In this document: positions 42,837-54,483 of the stretch, piece by piece | Layout of the letters: every line of letters begins with the position of its first letter | Numbering within the stretch: position 1 is the first letter of the stretch | DNA from: an uncultured Nitrososphaeraceae archaeon | GTDB lineage: Archaea > Thermoproteota > Nitrososphaeria > Nitrososphaerales > Nitrososphaeraceae | Length of the DNA stretch: 64,000 nt | NCBI GenBank assembly: GCA_963729045.1 | Contig: CAVSMN010000011.1 | Span: 32,001 to 96,000 of the forward strand | Direction of reading: 5' to 3' | The notes under the pieces: generated by a model | Database searches by the model: none | What the model saw: only the letters and a program-made list of their open reading frames with translations | Told to the model about the DNA's origin: nothing | Made by a program: the position numbers and the translations under genes

Positions 42837-44419
42837 TTAGGGACACTCTTTAGCCAGGCTAAATTATTTGAATATAATTCACGTATATCATCAAGATTAA
42901 AGCGTAACATGGCCAATCTTTCAAAGCCTCCTCCCCATGCCAATACAGGATTTTTTATTCCCAATGGTTTAGTTACCTCAGGTCTAAAAATTCCCATACC
43001 AAACAATTCTATCCATTTATCAAATTTCTCATTATATACCATTGATTGAAGAGAAGGTTCGGTATAAGGGAAAAAGGTAGGCCAGAACTTGATTCTTTTT
43101 TATCCCAAGTTTAGAATAAAATTCGGATTGAATTCCGATTAGTTGTCTTAGATTGGCATCTTCATTTACATAAATCCCTTCAACTTGATGAAATTCAACA
43201 AGATGCTTAAATGTCACCTTTTCGTTCCTAAAGACGCGACCTATAAGAAAAACTTTATCTCTCTCCGGTTTACCTTCTGACAAGTATTGGAGTGTAACAG
43301 GAGTGGTGTGAGTCCGCAAAACGTATGGTTTAGATTCTTCAATATTCCAATCATACTGCCAATTTTCCCTATGGATTTTGGATACATGCTGCAGTAAGGA
43401 AGTATTTTTTGGTAAAGGAGAATAGAGATCCGTTTGGGATTTCAGGTAAAACGTATCTTGCATCTCCCTAGCTGGATGATCTTGAGGAATAAATAATGCA
43501 TCAAAATTCCAAAAACATGACTGAGTCAGGTTTCCTTCAATCTCACTAAAACCCATACCGACCAATATTTCCTTGACTTCATCTATGAAATCGACCAAAG
43601 GGTTCTTTTTACCATAATTGAGCAATGGCAATGGGGCTTCTACATCAATCTGTTCAAAAATTAGATCCCTCCATTTGCCAGATATTAAAACATCATGAGT
43701 CATTTTTCTAACAACATTATCGCCGGTTAATAACAATGAATCAACAAGAGGTATACTAGTTTGCGTAATTTTGTATTTTTTGGCTACCAATTTCTCTGTA
43801 ACTAAGATATTATGTCGTTTTTTTAATGATTCATATGCTTTTTTATCTTCGTTCTCAAATAGCGATTCTAACGCTGTCTTTGTATTTTTTAATTTGGTCC
43901 ATGAAATTCTCCTCACTCGATGATTTATGCGAATCTGGAAGAAGAGTTACCTTATCATCAAGTATACTAATCCAGTTATTTTTCTTGCAAAACCGAATCG
44001 CTCCAAAAACTTCCTTTTCGTTTCCTCTAAACTCTTCGACTGTTTATGATTTCCGACAATTTGTTTACCCCCTTCTTTACAATATTGACAAGTTTCCTTT
44101 CAGGGAGAACAAGGTGCTCATTATCAGACATATCAGGATGTAAAAAGACTTTGATATCCGTATCCTCACTGATTTGAACGAGGTCTTTATACCTCAACCA
44201 TTCAACCCCTCTTCGCACTTGGTCTACTGACAATTCTGAACTTTTTATTAGGTCAGATTCGGTCACCCAATCAGCCTCTACCAATCTCAGTACGCTCAGA
44301 AGTTTCTTCTCAATGGGATGCAATGATGAAATCGATAGTTTTGAGTTATCTTCAAACTTAGATATATCACTGCTTGCTACTTCATCCTTATCCATTATAT
44401 AAGTAGAAAACTTGTGCAA
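42827..44419 (-). CDS. pheS: phenylalanyl-tRNA synthetase alpha subunit, split by frameshifts (~44030, ~43095)
   Basis: FWNFDALFIPQDHPAREMQDTF, LRTHTT, FHQVEG, GMGIFRPEV, AWGGGFERLAM. Confidence 0.93.
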
Positions 44420-44466
44420 GTATTTTTAAACGTTTAAACTTTGGTTATTTAAAGAATAATTTAAGG

Positions 44467-45717
44467 ATGCCAAGTGAAAAGGAAAGCATTTCATTTGAGA
44501 AAAGCAATATGACGTTAGATTCGAGTGACATAAATATTGAAAATGATTCAGAATCAGATTCAATTGGAGTCAAAGATTTTGTCGTTACCCCCTGGGAAGT
44601 AGAGGGAGATATTGACTACTCTAAGTTGATCGAAAGATTTGGTACCCATACCATAGATGATACTTTATTTGAAAAAATTAAGTATTTTACTGGAGAAATA
44701 CATCCATTTCTCAAAAATAGATATTTTTTTTCCCACAGGGATCTAGATGTGGTTCTAGATGAATATAAGAGAGGCAACAAGTTTTATCTTTATACAGGGA
44801 GAGGTCCCTCCGGCTTGGTTCACCTGGGACATTTGATGCCATGGTTATTCACAAAATATTTACAAGAAAAATTCGATGTAAACCTAATATTCCAATTGAC
44901 AGACGATGAAAAGTTTCTGTTTAACAGTAATTTGGATATGGAAGCAATTCAAAAATATACATATGAAAACATATTAGATATTATTTCGATAGGATTTGAT
45001 CCAAAAAGAACCAAAATAATTGTTGATACCAAACATATTAAATATTTGTATCCTTTATCTATTGAAATTGCGAAGAAAATCACTTACTCCACAGCAAAAG
45101 CCGTATTTGGATTTTCTAATTCTTCTAACATTGGGATGATAGGCTTTCCTCCTGTTCAGGGTGCGCCGTGCTTCCTTCCATCAATAATCGAGAATAAACC
45201 GACACCTGTGCTGATACCGGCCGCAATTGATCAAGATCCCTATTGGAGGGTGACCCGAGACATAGCGGAAAAATTGGGTTATCCCAAACCAGCCCAGATC
45301 CATAGTAAATTTATTCCAGGACTTACTAGTGTAGGGAAAATGTCATCCTCAAAGCCAGAAACTGCATTATTTACCGTCGACGATCCCGAGATCCTGGAGA
45401 CGAAAATCAAAAATACCTTTACTGGGGGTCAACCAACAGTAGCTCTCCAACGCAAATTAGGAGGAAATGCTAATATTTGTCCAGTGTATTGGTATTTGAA
45501 TTATCTCTTTGATTCCGAAAAGGAATCTCAAGAGAGATACAATGACTGTACGAGTGGCAATTTGCTCTGTGGAGAATGCAAAGGCGACATGATAAAAAAG
45601 GTAAAACCATTTATTAAAGATATACAAACAAAGAGAGAAAAGGCACAAAATTTGATTAAGGATTTCATGATTGACGGAAAAGAGTTTTTTGAAGATGACA
45701 ATATTGGTTTTGATTAA
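44467..45717 (+). CDS. trpS: tryptophanyl-tRNA synthetase
   Basis: VTPWEV, YTGRGPS..HLGH, TDDEK, IDQDPYWR, KMSSS. Confidence 0.96.
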   Translation: MPSEKESISFEKSNMTLDSSDINIENDSESDSIGVKDFVVTPWEVEGDIDYSKLIERFGTHTIDDTLFEKIKYFTGEIHPFLKNRYFFSHRDLDVVLDEYKRGNKFYLYTGRGPSGLVHLGHLMPWLFTKYLQEKFDVNLIFQLTDDEKFLFNSNLDMEAIQKYTYENILDIISIGFDPKRTKIIVDTKHIKYLYPLSIEIAKKITYSTAKAVFGFSNSSNIGMIGFPPVQGAPCFLPSIIENKPTPVLIPAAIDQDPYWRVTRDIAEKLGYPKPAQIHSKFIPGLTSVGKMSSSKPETALFTVDDPEILETKIKNTFTGGQPTVALQRKLGGNANICPVYWYLNYLFDSEKESQERYNDCTSGNLLCGECKGDMIKKVKPFIKDIQTKREKAQNLIKDFMIDGKEFFEDDNIGFD

Positions 45718-45737
45718 CCAATATCTTTGAATTCAAG

Positions 45738-46031
45738 TTGAATTTTAAATTTATTTGTCAAGATAGCTACGAGGCGGAAAAATTAACAAGTATTTTTGCT
45801 CTGCAAAAGGATAATACACTTTTTGTCAGCAATATCGTAAGAATAATCGATAATGAGGTTGTCGTCAAGCTAAAAGATGGTTCTCATCACAGCATTATGT
45901 TTAAGGATGAAATAAATTCATACAAGTTAGAACGATTCTTTAAAGAACTTTTATCACGAAAGGGGCAAGTCACTGATACAAAATATGTAGGGGATGTAGC
46001 TTTCATAAGTTTAAGTGAACCTGTAACTTAA
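45738..46031 (+). CDS. hypothetical protein
   Basis: 97-aa ORF 20 nt after trpS. Confidence 0.6.
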   Translation: MNFKFICQDSYEAEKLTSIFALQKDNTLFVSNIVRIIDNEVVVKLKDGSHHSIMFKDEINSYKLERFFKELLSRKGQVTDTKYVGDVAFISLSEPVT

Positions 46032-46055
46032 TAGTCCAAATTATTGAAAATTTTT

Positions 46056-46389
46056 TCACACATAATCCCTATTAAATTCATCCAGAATTAGTTGGTAGAC
46101 TTTCTCAAAATATAATGTCGTCGAGTATGGCATCAATGGAATAAAATCTCTTATAGTTTCAAGAACCAAAGGAACCGCACGTTTTGATAATTTAATTTCA
46201 AATTTCATCCATAGGATCCGATTCTGAGTAAATACTGATTTTTTCACCTAACTCCCTGTCACAAACTTCCTTAGCCTTGTCCTCAACGCGCTTGTACCAA
46301 TACGCAAGGACCTCTGGGTCCAACCCGCCACTAAGATTTGTAATGTTATTACAATAATCGAGTATTAAATCGTCAATTCCATTCTTCAT
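46056..46389 (-). CDS. hypothetical protein (two overlapping ORFs, probably one frameshifted gene)
   Basis: GLDPEVLAYWYKRVE.. joined to ILWMKFEIKLSKRAVP..MPYST..YF. Confidence 0.6.
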
Positions 46390-46455
46390 TTTATAATGTT
46401 AATTTCAACCTAAAAAATTTATTATTGGGTATTAAATTTATTTGATAAAATAAGA

Positions 46456-46960
46456 TTATTTTTTATTCTTTACTATATTGCCCTCATTATCAATCTCATT
46501 TGCTCTGATACGACTGGAAGAAATCGGTAACCCATCTTTGGCTAATTTCAATTCAACTGAAACTATATCAATTGTTGGGAGACCCATTCTTGTTCTGATT
46601 TCATTAACTTTTTTGCCCTTGTAACTTGTTTCGCTACTAGCTACCATACAATCAACTTTTTCAGAGAACATTAATGGTCCAAAATACATCCTCAAGCTTT
46701 GTAATTTCGTACTAGATTGGATCCAACTTCACTATCGATGATATTGACTAAATTGCGTTTTCGAACTTCAAATGAATTATTTATATTTTTCTTTAATTTT
46801 TCTTTTACTAAATTATCTGATGATAAGCCTATTATAACGAATTTTCCCTATCTCAAACGACTTTTTTAAAAGTTCAATATGACCAGTGTGTATAATATCA
46901 AACGTACCGCCCATGGCCACACAATCATATTTTTTCAATATAGATGTCAATTCTAAAAAT
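46456..46960 (-). CDS. coaD: phosphopantetheine adenylyltransferase, frameshifted
   Basis: GGTFDIIHTGH, FGP, SSET, ISSSRIR..ID.EG. Confidence 0.85.
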
Positions 46961-47037
46961 AATATAAAATTATTTATTTCACAATTAAACTCATGATTTG
47001 ACAAATTTATAAATACCTAATTGAGGATAAATAATTA

Positions 47038-47688
47038 TTGTCATCTACAGTTGCAGAATATATCTGTGAAGATTGTGGTTCTCTATTAATTCATTTAAAT
47101 CCAACTACACTGCAGAGCATAATAGAGGTTCACTCACAATTATGCCCCATAAAAAGACAAAAAATTCTTGCGAATGCAGAAGCTGAGAAACTAAAGAAGG
47201 CATCCGTAACAAGGAATTCAAACATCCCAGTTCAAGCTACTCAAATAGTCAGTGGCGCTCCACCTAGTGCTGCTTCCATACCACAACAAGCTGTCGCACC
47301 TAGTATGAACCAAAGTGGCGCCGGTTCATCTCTTCCACTGACTGGAACTGGAACAGACTACCAGACAGCAGAAGGACCAATAGATACTGGCTTTAAATCA
47401 AAGAGACAACCTGCAGGAAAGTTTCAAGGAATCCAAGTATGGGGTCCATACGATGCACCTGGACAACTCGGGATTTGGGGCACGGATGTGTGCGTTGATT
47501 TTGACATTTGTATTTCAGATGGTGCCTGTATTGATGCATGCCCAGTGAATGTTTATGAATGGCTTGATACGCCAGGACATCCGGCTTCAGAGAGGAAACC
47601 ATTTATGATTAGAGAAAAGGATTGTATTTTTTGTTTGGCGTGCGAAAATGTCTGTCCTCCACAAGCGATAAAAATATTTGTGAAATAG
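47038..47688 (+). CDS. dicluster (7Fe-type) ferredoxin, Zfx-like, with N-terminal Zn finger and low-complexity linker
   Basis: CISDGACIDACP and CIFCLACENVCP; N-terminal CEDC..H...C. Confidence 0.88.
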   Translation: MSSTVAEYICEDCGSLLIHLNPTTLQSIIEVHSQLCPIKRQKILANAEAEKLKKASVTRNSNIPVQATQIVSGAPPSAASIPQQAVAPSMNQSGAGSSLPLTGTGTDYQTAEGPIDTGFKSKRQPAGKFQGIQVWGPYDAPGQLGIWGTDVCVDFDICISDGACIDACPVNVYEWLDTPGHPASERKPFMIREKDCIFCLACENVCPPQAIKIFVK

Positions 47689-47708
47689 CATAGTACAAGT
47701 CTGAACTA

Positions 47709-48452
47709 TTAGATTTGACTATCCTCTTTTACATATTTATAAATCCTATAATTCAGGTTATTATTGTACTTCATAGCAGTATCCCACTTTGAATTTCGAT
47801 CATCATATAGAGCTATAAAGTATTTCTTTTGGTTGATATCAAGATTATGATAAATGTTTTCACCTACAATTACTTCCCCAGGATAAGATAATGATGTGAT
47901 TTTAGCAGCTATACTGATACTAAACCCTATCAAATCTATATGAGCATGAGCAATATTTTTTCCATACAGTAAAACAAGCGCATTTCCATATTCTATACCA
48001 ATCTTCACAGCAATCTCAGGGATTGAATGTTTCTTAAATACGGGGTTGATCCCGTTTCTCATTACTTTCTGTATATGGCGTGCACAATCCAAAGAATTTA
48101 CTATTGCCTTTTTTTGATCATAGTCTGATGGGAATAGACCGATTACAGCATCTCCCACGAATTTTAGCACATACCCCCCGAATTTTTCAATAGATAGGCT
48201 TACCTCTTGGGAAAAGATTTGGATAATCAGGGCCAAATCTAGTGATGAAAGGTCATGAGACATTTGAGTAGAGCCTGCAATATCCACATACATAACCACA
48301 ACATTTGTTTTGGTATTGACTTTCCTTTCTAAGTACTTCCTACACGAATCAGTAGACAGATCAATAAGCAATCCTTTATTTTCTAGACTATGTGACACAC
48401 GGTCTTGTACACTCCTTACAAAATCAAAATCTCCTGATTCAAAATTTTTCAT
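47709..48452 (-). CDS. class III adenylate/guanylate cyclase
   Basis: YVDIAGST, LKFVGDAV, KIGIEYG, DLIG. Confidence 0.88.
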   Translation of the reverse strand: MKNFESGDFDFVRSVQDRVSHSLENKGLLIDLSTDSCRKYLERKVNTKTNVVVMYVDIAGSTQMSHDLSSLDLALIIQIFSQEVSLSIEKFGGYVLKFVGDAVIGLFPSDYDQKKAIVNSLDCARHIQKVMRNGINPVFKKHSIPEIAVKIGIEYGNALVLLYGKNIAHAHIDLIGFSISIAAKITSLSYPGEVIVGENIYHNLDINQKKYFIALYDDRNSKWDTAMKYNNNLNYRIYKYVKEDSQI

Positions 48453-48717
48453 CTAGATCTGAAAATGACAATTCTGCCTAGTTTATTCGTTATGAGCAGT
48501 AATTCTAGAGGTGAATCTGATTCTATCCCCATAATTGGAGTAAGAACATCATACATAACTGCGAACCCCAAGTTATAGATAATCATGTTGACCTATTATC
48601 ACTTGTGATTTTGTTATAAATAAGACTTGAAGAGAATCAAAATTTCACGTCTAAAAAAACTGACTATATGTCTAATAAAACAATGGATAAACAAGGGCAA
48701 ATAATCTAAAGCAGTTT

Positions 48718-49143
48718 TTACTTTAGATCAATCTTCCTTAGAGTAAATGATGTTATCATACGAAGACCAAAAATTACTGCGAAAAATATTATAGTATTGT
48801 AGATTTCTGGGCCCGGGCCATCTTCATATAGACTCGAAATTACTAAAATGAGTCTTAAAACTGCATTGGCACATTCAAATTCTAGTGCAAATAATAATCC
48901 ATTGGCTAATAATGAAATTGAAGAGACTTTTAGTTCATTAGTACCATTATCTGATATAACTTTAAATCGCTTCATAATAACATGAAAAACTCCCATACTA
49001 GTTGGGAATTTTTTTGAATCAACGTCTAAGACTCTATTCAGTAGTAACATTAATAATTGTCCCATAGTAATCAATATGATACTAATTGCGGCTATATCGA
49101 TGGCGTATATCAAAAAAAGAACAAAAGTATCTAATGTAAGCAT
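48718..49143 (-). CDS. DUF1622-like membrane protein (divergent copy)
   Basis: LANGLLFALEFECANAVL..LRMITSFTL. Confidence 0.65.
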   Translation of the reverse strand: MLTLDTFVLFLIYAIDIAAISIILITMGQLLMLLLNRVLDVDSKKFPTSMGVFHVIMKRFKVISDNGTNELKVSSISLLANGLLFALEFECANAVLRLILVISSLYEDGPGPEIYNTIIFFAVIFGLRMITSFTLRKIDLK

Positions 49144-49211
49144 TCTAGCATCCTGTCAGATTCATACGACAAATGAGAATAGTTTTTTAATATCTACTAA
49201 CGTACTTAACA

Positions 49212-49607
49212 TTAGGTCATCTTGTTGTGCCTATCTATTTCCTTGGATAGTGACCAACTTAATACTATTCGAATAGTAACGATTACCCCCAAAATCAGTA
49301 GTTCTTTTATTCCTGGAATCTGCATCGTCTTAATTATATCACTTCCTATTTCAAAATCTAACGCTAGCAAGATGCCTCTGGCTAATCGTAATCTGATTGA
49401 TTCCTTTTCCATTGTTTGATCCTTAATTGGATTCTTAAGGATCTTGAGAAAGGAAATTACCGCCATAATAACCGAAATGATGATAACTGAAGCAGCTAGT
49501 ATATCAATTCCGAAAGTAATCAAGTCGATATAATAAGATCGGATTGAATCGATCGGAATCAAGCCATTCAAATCAAGCATCACTTCTTTCACTGGAAAAG
49601 GTATCAA
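49212..49607 (-). CDS. DUF1622 family membrane protein
   Basis: IRLRLARGILLALDFEIGSDII..IRIVLSWSLSKEI. Confidence 0.85.
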   Translation of the reverse strand: MIPFPVKEVMLDLNGLIPIDSIRSYYIDLITFGIDILAASVIIISVIMAVISFLKILKNPIKDQTMEKESIRLRLARGILLALDFEIGSDIIKTMQIPGIKELLILGVIVTIRIVLSWSLSKEIDRHNKMT

Positions 49608-49677
49608 TCTATTATGTATTTTATTTTCATCTATTTTATGTTATTGTATAAAGAATGTAGGTATTACCAAGGAATAT

Positions 49678-51353
49678 TTATTCACGAAATCGATCATGTT
49701 TGAATAGTAACTCGTTGCGATCAGCATCGATATCAATTGCTATAACTACAGGAGTATGTATAGACTTTATTGCCTCTCTTAAAACGGAAGAAAATTCATA
49801 AGTACTGGTTACCCTATACCCCTTTGCCCCAAAGCTCTCTGCAAGCTTGACAAAATCAGGATTATTGAAATTAGTGAAAACACTCCTACCGAATTCTAAT
49901 CTTTGTTTTGTAGATATTACACCTAAATCCGAGTCAACCCATACGACAATAATGATTGGAAGTTGTAATGGTACTGCTGTTTCTAGTTCTTGAACATTCA
50001 TTAGGAAACCACCATCCCCGCACATCGCCACCACCTTCCGAGTGGGGCACGCTAGTTGAGCACCAATTGATCCGGGAAGTGCAAATCCCATCGAACAAAA
50101 TCCATTACTTATTATGCAGGTATTGGGACTAAATGTCTTGAAGATTTTTGCTATCCAAAGTTTATGAGCTCCAACATCAGAAATCAATATATCATCTGAA
50201 GAAAGAACACTTCTAACATCATGAATTAATTTTTCAGGTTTGATCGGATAAGATTCGTCATCAGTAAACTGCTCAATACGCCAATCCACCTCTTCTTTAA
50301 TTTTCTTTAATCTTGACCTCGCTAGACTTATTTTTTGTTTATTAATAGAATCCATTTGAATTTCGTTCTGGTATATCTTTACAGAATTTATAAGTAAATT
50401 TATAGTTAATTTCAAGTCACCAGAAATTTCTATATCAGGATTATAAAAGTTGTCAACTTCTGCAGATGTAGAATCAATATGAATTATTTTTTTGAGATTA
50501 AGTCCATTCCAATTTTTAGGACTGTATTCAACCAAATCATATCCGATAGAAATTACAACATCAGCTAATTTCAAAGCGTGTAAAGCATAGTCGGATTCCT
50601 TTATGCCAATAGTGCCCATATGAGTTGGAGAATTATCAGAGATCACACCTTTTCCCATAAATGTGTTCATCGAATAAAATCCGGTCAAATCTGCAAAACT
50701 TCTGATAATATTTGAAGCGTTATTTCGAATACAACCATTCCCAACTAGAATAACAGGTGCAATTGACATCAATATCATTTTAGTTGCATCGTGCAACCTT
50801 GATGGTGTAGGACATGAATGTATGCCATTTTTACTACTAAGTGGTTTCAAAGCTGATTCCATTTTTGCCACGTCAATAGGCAAATCCAGATGAGTTGCCC
50901 CTTTTTTTCTTCAGTTGCAATCTTGAATGCTCTTCTTAGAATTTCAGGTATCCCGTCAGCATCCCTTATAGACCACGTCCATTTGGTAATGGGAGTAAAC
51001 ATAGTTACAGGGTCCATATTCTGATGAGATTCTTTATGCATCTTGGTAATTTCAGTTTGACCGGTAATCGCAAGGAGCGGTGATCGGTCCATATTAGCAC
51101 TTGCTACTCCCGTAGTAAGATTAGTGGCGCCTGGACCAAGAGTTGCGAGACAAACACCAACCTTGTTGGTTAATCTACCATAAACATCTGCCATAAATGC
51201 TGCCGCCTGTTCGTGTCTCACCAAAATAAATTTTATAGTTTGTGATTCTGAGATTGATATCATAAGATCATTTGTTTCCTCACCAGGGATTCCAAAAATA
51301 TACTTGACATTTTCGGCCTCAAGGCACTTTACAAATAGATCAGAAGCCTTCAT
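49678..51353 (-). CDS. acetolactate synthase large subunit-like ThDP enzyme (frameshift at ~50900)
   Basis: FGIPGEE, RHEQAAAFMAD, TLGPGATN, SMGFALP, GDGGFLMN..N. Confidence 0.9.
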
Positions 51354-51854
51354 CTATTAGAGGATGCAACATATCAATAATAAAAATATGATCCAATGGT
51401 ATAATTGATAATGATAAGAGTGAAACATGATTGTTCTAACAATAAACGATATGAATTACATTCACATCTCATTTCTTGTAATATAAAATAACCAAAGATC
51501 AGTAGAACGGCAAATCCAAAGTTATTAAAGTCCTAATAGTGATGTGTTATCATAAATTAAAGAATAAATTTGTTTCAAAATTTAATTCTATTATTCATCC
51601 AACACCCTTGTCATATCCAAAAATTTAAATGAATTAGTCCTAAAGGAATAAAAAGAAATATTATTGCTGGAATTCTATTGTTTATTTATGTCACAATGAT
51701 AAATAGTGAGCCCATAAACAAAAAATTTAAATCTGACCTCTCAATTCTTAACCTACTCCTGTCATAAAAAAGGGGGATCGAAATCAAGAATATTCACATA
51801 TTACCCAATTGACTTTTGAATCACTTTATATTTCACGTCAAATAAGAAATTTAC

Positions 51855-53207
51855 ATGTCACTAAGTATCTTGATACCAATATTTATCGGGGTCGTATTAG
51901 GCTATGGGTCCGCTTATCTGCTACAGGAAAGTAATAGTCAACTTTCCATAAATGATACCAGTTTCCTACCGGATGCTTCTTCAAATTTTTCATTCATGTT
52001 AGACCCAAATGGTTCAAACGAGTCAAATGGAATGCAAATGGGTAACCAACCGTCAATGAATTCATCTAACTTAAACGACTTAATACTTTTAGAAGATCAA
52101 TTAAAGTTGGCCCAAGACAAAATTGAGCAAGCGGATATTAAAAACAAGGATTGGAGAAATTATACAAGTAACAAACTAGGATTGTCATTGGAATATCCCA
52201 TCGACGTTCATCTGCAAAAAGAGGGGAAAGAATCTCGATTTGATCCCGATAAGGATTTAAAAATAGGCAGTATTGAGAAAGATGGATTCAGTATTAGCCC
52301 TAGTATTTATGGCCAAAATTCTACTGATTTTTCCAATGTTGTTCTACAGGCAAAGGAATCTCATCTTAACATGAATCTAAACGATTCGTATCTAATGTTA
52401 GTGGAAGATATTACACCAATGAGTATTCATGATGATATCGGTTTGTCCTACTTAATATCATTGATCGATAATGGTCTAGAAAAATCCCTTTTTGTATCTA
52501 ACAATACGTTCCTTTCTCATAACGATAATATTTATAGGTTCGTGTTTGTTACCAATACTGATCAATACAATAAAACGAACGCAATATTCAATCATATATT
52601 AAACTCAATTAGTTGGAATATCAATCAGGATAATGTTAGTTCGACACCTATTGTTCTTGCGAATCAGAGCTCTCTACTAAATAATACTGTTACTGCGATT
52701 AATAACCAAACCTCAGAAAATAACACAGCAACTATTGAAACTACTCAAGGTCCAATAAAAATCGAGTTTTATCCTGAGGTAGCTCCTAACCACGTTAAGA
52801 ATTTTAAAGATCTCGCTAACGACGGTTTTTACAATGGAGTAGTATTTCATAGAATAGTACCAGGATTTGTAATACAGGCAGGTGATCCAAACACAAAGAA
52901 TAGTAGCATTAGTCGAGATGCTTGGGGGACTGGTGGTCCAGGGCACACTATAAATCAAGAATTTAATACCATACCTCATGAAAGGGGGATATTATCCATG
53001 GCTCGCATGCTTGATCCGAACAGCGCAGGATCTCAGTTTTTTATTGTGCTAAATAATTCAAAATTTTTAGACGGCCAATACACAGTGTTCGGAAAGGTTA
53101 CAGAGGGTATGGAGATTGTAGATAAAATAGCTAATGTTACCACTAATTCATTGGATCAGCCCTTGAATCAAGATTTAGCAAGAATAAACAAGATAATGAT
53201 TAATTAG
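51855..53207 (+). CDS. membrane-anchored cyclophilin-type PPIase with an N-terminal PsbP-like domain
   Basis: N-terminal TM; WRNYTSNKLGLSLEYP; C-terminal FHRIVPGFVIQAGDP, SMAR, SAGSQFFI, YTVFGKV. Confidence 0.85.
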   Translation: MSLSILIPIFIGVVLGYGSAYLLQESNSQLSINDTSFLPDASSNFSFMLDPNGSNESNGMQMGNQPSMNSSNLNDLILLEDQLKLAQDKIEQADIKNKDWRNYTSNKLGLSLEYPIDVHLQKEGKESRFDPDKDLKIGSIEKDGFSISPSIYGQNSTDFSNVVLQAKESHLNMNLNDSYLMLVEDITPMSIHDDIGLSYLISLIDNGLEKSLFVSNNTFLSHNDNIYRFVFVTNTDQYNKTNAIFNHILNSISWNINQDNVSSTPIVLANQSSLLNNTVTAINNQTSENNTATIETTQGPIKIEFYPEVAPNHVKNFKDLANDGFYNGVVFHRIVPGFVIQAGDPNTKNSSISRDAWGTGGPGHTINQEFNTIPHERGILSMARMLDPNSAGSQFFIVLNNSKFLDGQYTVFGKVTEGMEIVDKIANVTTNSLDQPLNQDLARINKIMIN

Positions 53208-53583
53208 GAATAGACCTTGAACAAGAAATAACTATCCAGTTAGTAGATCATATAATTACAATTATTTTTTGAAATGTAATCTTAGTCATTGGTCATGAAC
53301 AAGATTTCATTCATAATTTGTAAGATTCTTATCGATTCAAAACATAATCCAAAATTACATTCGATTTAAAACTTTTATCTTTTAGATGTGAAAATGCCGG
53401 ACAAAATAGTTCAATTTCTATAGTATAAAGAATTCATTGATGTAATTTCCTCAGGAGGTTTAGTATTGATAGTAGTGATATTGGCATTTACATCACAATG
53501 TATCCATATTGCAACTCATGAAATGAAATAGATGATACTTAAATCGCCGAATCCTTAAACGTTAACTCGATATTTGGATTATT

Positions 53584-54235
53584 TTAAATCAAGTGCAAGA
53601 TTTTCGACAGAAAGAGTGTACTGGATTCAGGCATGCGAACGGTGCAAACAGATGAGACGATACTTTCATAATCAATCACGAGCCCAAATGAAATCCTACC
53701 TGTTACAGTTATAGCACAATCTAAACAATCAGAGAAATTACTAATTCTTATGAATGATTTAGAAGATGCACTCTCAATACCTTCATCAATTACTACAGTA
53801 TCGATAGTAATTTCTTCAGTAAATAGAAATGTGGTGGTACGAATGTTACATATGTTATCATTCTGAATAGGATAGGGCCTACAAACAGAATGATCGATGA
53901 ACATTTTTAACCTTAGCTCACTTGATGTCGCAGACCCAACTGGCAAAATTGATTCACAGGGGTTATTCAATACAGACCATTCATTGGAATTTTCTTGGTC
54001 CTGAAGGAGTGCATTATTTCCAGATAATAAACTACTATCCCTAGAAATAACCTGTCCATTTTGTTATGCCGATTGTGATTGTTATGTATTCTATTCTACA
54101 TTACTTCCATTACCTCTTTGGGATAAAGCGCCATTTTGCGCGTAGGATGATAATTGAAGGTTAACTGAAACTAATTCAATTGATAATGTCATAATGATGA
54201 AAAACACATTTAAACTTAATCTTCTTATTGTTATA
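53584..54235 (-). pseudogene. secreted Gln/Asn-rich protein pseudogene (start approximate)
   Basis: One frame reads ..SYAQNGALSQRGNGSNVE*NT*QSQSA*QNGQVIS..SGNN and continues into ORF 53584..53970. Confidence 0.65.
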
Positions 54236-54483
54236 AAACTTAGAAATGAATTAAAAATATAATGGCTATTGTTGATTTAAGCCTTTTCAAATAATAGAAA
54301 ATTTAGAAATAAATCCAGAAGTAAGATATAATCTACTTACCATAGATCAGAAATAACGAAGTGATCACAAAAAGGGTAAATCTAAGTTGGAATAGTCCGG
54401 TTAAGGAATAATTACTATTCAAACTTTATATTCAAGTATTTGTCGACAATACAATAGGTATTTTATCCATATCCATGGTTTTT

